A stretch of 64,000 nucleotides of DNA from Candidatus Saccharimonadales bacterium. Its GTDB lineage: Bacteria; Patescibacteriota; Saccharimonadia; Saccharimonadales; UBA10212. Below the pieces are notes generated by a model. It made no database searches, was not told where the DNA came from, and was given only the letters and a program-made list of their open reading frames with translations. Position 1 is the first letter of the stretch. Each line of letters opens with the position of its first letter. The position numbers were made by a program, and so were the translations under genes. Shown one piece after another: positions 63,480-64,000 of this stretch. Location: positions 98,717-162,716 of the forward strand of contig JBEKOJ010000001.1 of the NCBI GenBank assembly GCA_049521895.1. The letters are read 5' to 3'.

Positions 63480-64000
63480 TAGTAATGACGGCGTAGCACA
63501 ATACGTCAAAACGCTGGGTGCGTGGTTAAGCAGTCAGGGCTACGCTGTAGCCTATTTAGTTGGTGAAACTAAACTCAGGCAGTGGGCTGGTGGCCGAGTT
63601 TATAGTATGTCTAAGAACCAAAAGGTAGTTTTTAACGGCAATCGCCTGTCAATCCCCTTGCTTGCCTCCAGGAAAAAGATAAAGCAAGTGCTAGCAGATA
63701 ACAACTTCGACGTTTTACATGTACAAGTTCCCTATTCACCTTTTATGGCCCAGCTGGTGATCAACGCCGCTAGCCCCAAAACCGCGGTAGTGGGCACATT
63801 TCATATCCTGCCAGCTAATAAGTTAGCTCAAGCTGGCTCGCGTGTCCTGAGAGTACTCTATGGCCGTAGCTTGGCAAGGTTTGACAACATTGTAAGTGTC
63901 AGCGCACCGGCTGCTGCATTCGCCAAAAAAGCTTACGGCATAGACAGCACAGTATTGCCAAACGTTGTAAACATTAAAAGGTTTGCTACAACCAAGCTCC
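63424..64000 (+). CDS. GT4-family glycosyltransferase, N-terminal part (runs off the right edge)
   Basis: Own translation from ATG at 63424 gives MVKNGAGLSVGFLFDDTLDSNDGVAQYVKTLGAWLSSQGY...FDVLHVQVPYSP, with no stop to the window end. It overlaps the upstream gene by 56 nt in another frame. Confidence 0.7.
   Translation, partial: MVKNGAGLSVGFLFDDTLDSNDGVAQYVKTLGAWLSSQGYAVAYLVGETKLRQWAGGRVYSMSKNQKVVFNGNRLSIPLLASRKKIKQVLADNNFDVLHVQVPYSPFMAQLVINAASPKTAVVGTFHILPANKLAQAGSRVLRVLYGRSLARFDNIVSVSAPAAAFAKKAYGIDSTVLPNVVNIKRFATTKL

Noticed and set aside
1-64000. CRISPR arrays, rRNA genes, transposases/IS elements and integrases.
   Set aside because: No regularly spaced short repeats were seen, no rRNA-like conserved blocks, and no ORF with DDE, tyrosine- or serine-recombinase motifs on either strand.

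Overview
This 64-kb chromosomal segment looks like a small-genome, Gram-positive-type bacterium of the Candidate Phyla Radiation. It is most consistent with Saccharibacteria/TM7 (sortase, PEGA-domain protein, many orphan proteins, short intergenic spacers, backbone of about 45-52% GC by hand count of sample lines). That taxonomic call is inference only.

Backbone genes include tRNA-Leu(CAA), xth, smpB, envelope glycosyltransferases, a thermonuclease, an aquaporin, a 1066-aa UvrD-type helicase-nuclease, folA-thyA, a MacB-type ABC pair, an MprF-like protein, a SAM-I riboswitch with metK, gloA, a two-component system, VKOR, tRNA-Gln(UUG) and GT4 genes.

The unusual part is roughly 34.4-53 kb, a mosaic accessory island with abrupt composition switches: low-GC defence genes and two blocks of about 60-70% GC. 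I see no recombinase or transposase in the window. The island nevertheless carries:
- eight same-orientation copies of a 17-25-nt junction motif that is the antisense of the last codons of gloA;
- three copies of a ~300-nt structured element whose 78-nt core recurs at a fourth locus at 14.6 kb, with a fully compensated hairpin;
- tRNA-3'-end-like fragments and duplicated gene ends.

Defence content is a MazG / DUF2075 (PD-(D/E)xK + SF1 ATPase) / SRA-HNH operon plus a stand-alone OLD (ATPase-Toprim) nuclease.

A third GC-rich insertion, a radical SAM/SPASM-like gene with CX3CXC spacing plus a small membrane protein, sits near tRNA-Leu. It is bounded by a displaced, diverged copy of the neighbouring gene's 3' end.

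No CRISPR array or rRNA was seen. Functional calls rest on motif recognition by eye. Hairpin and repeat coordinates may be off by a few nt.
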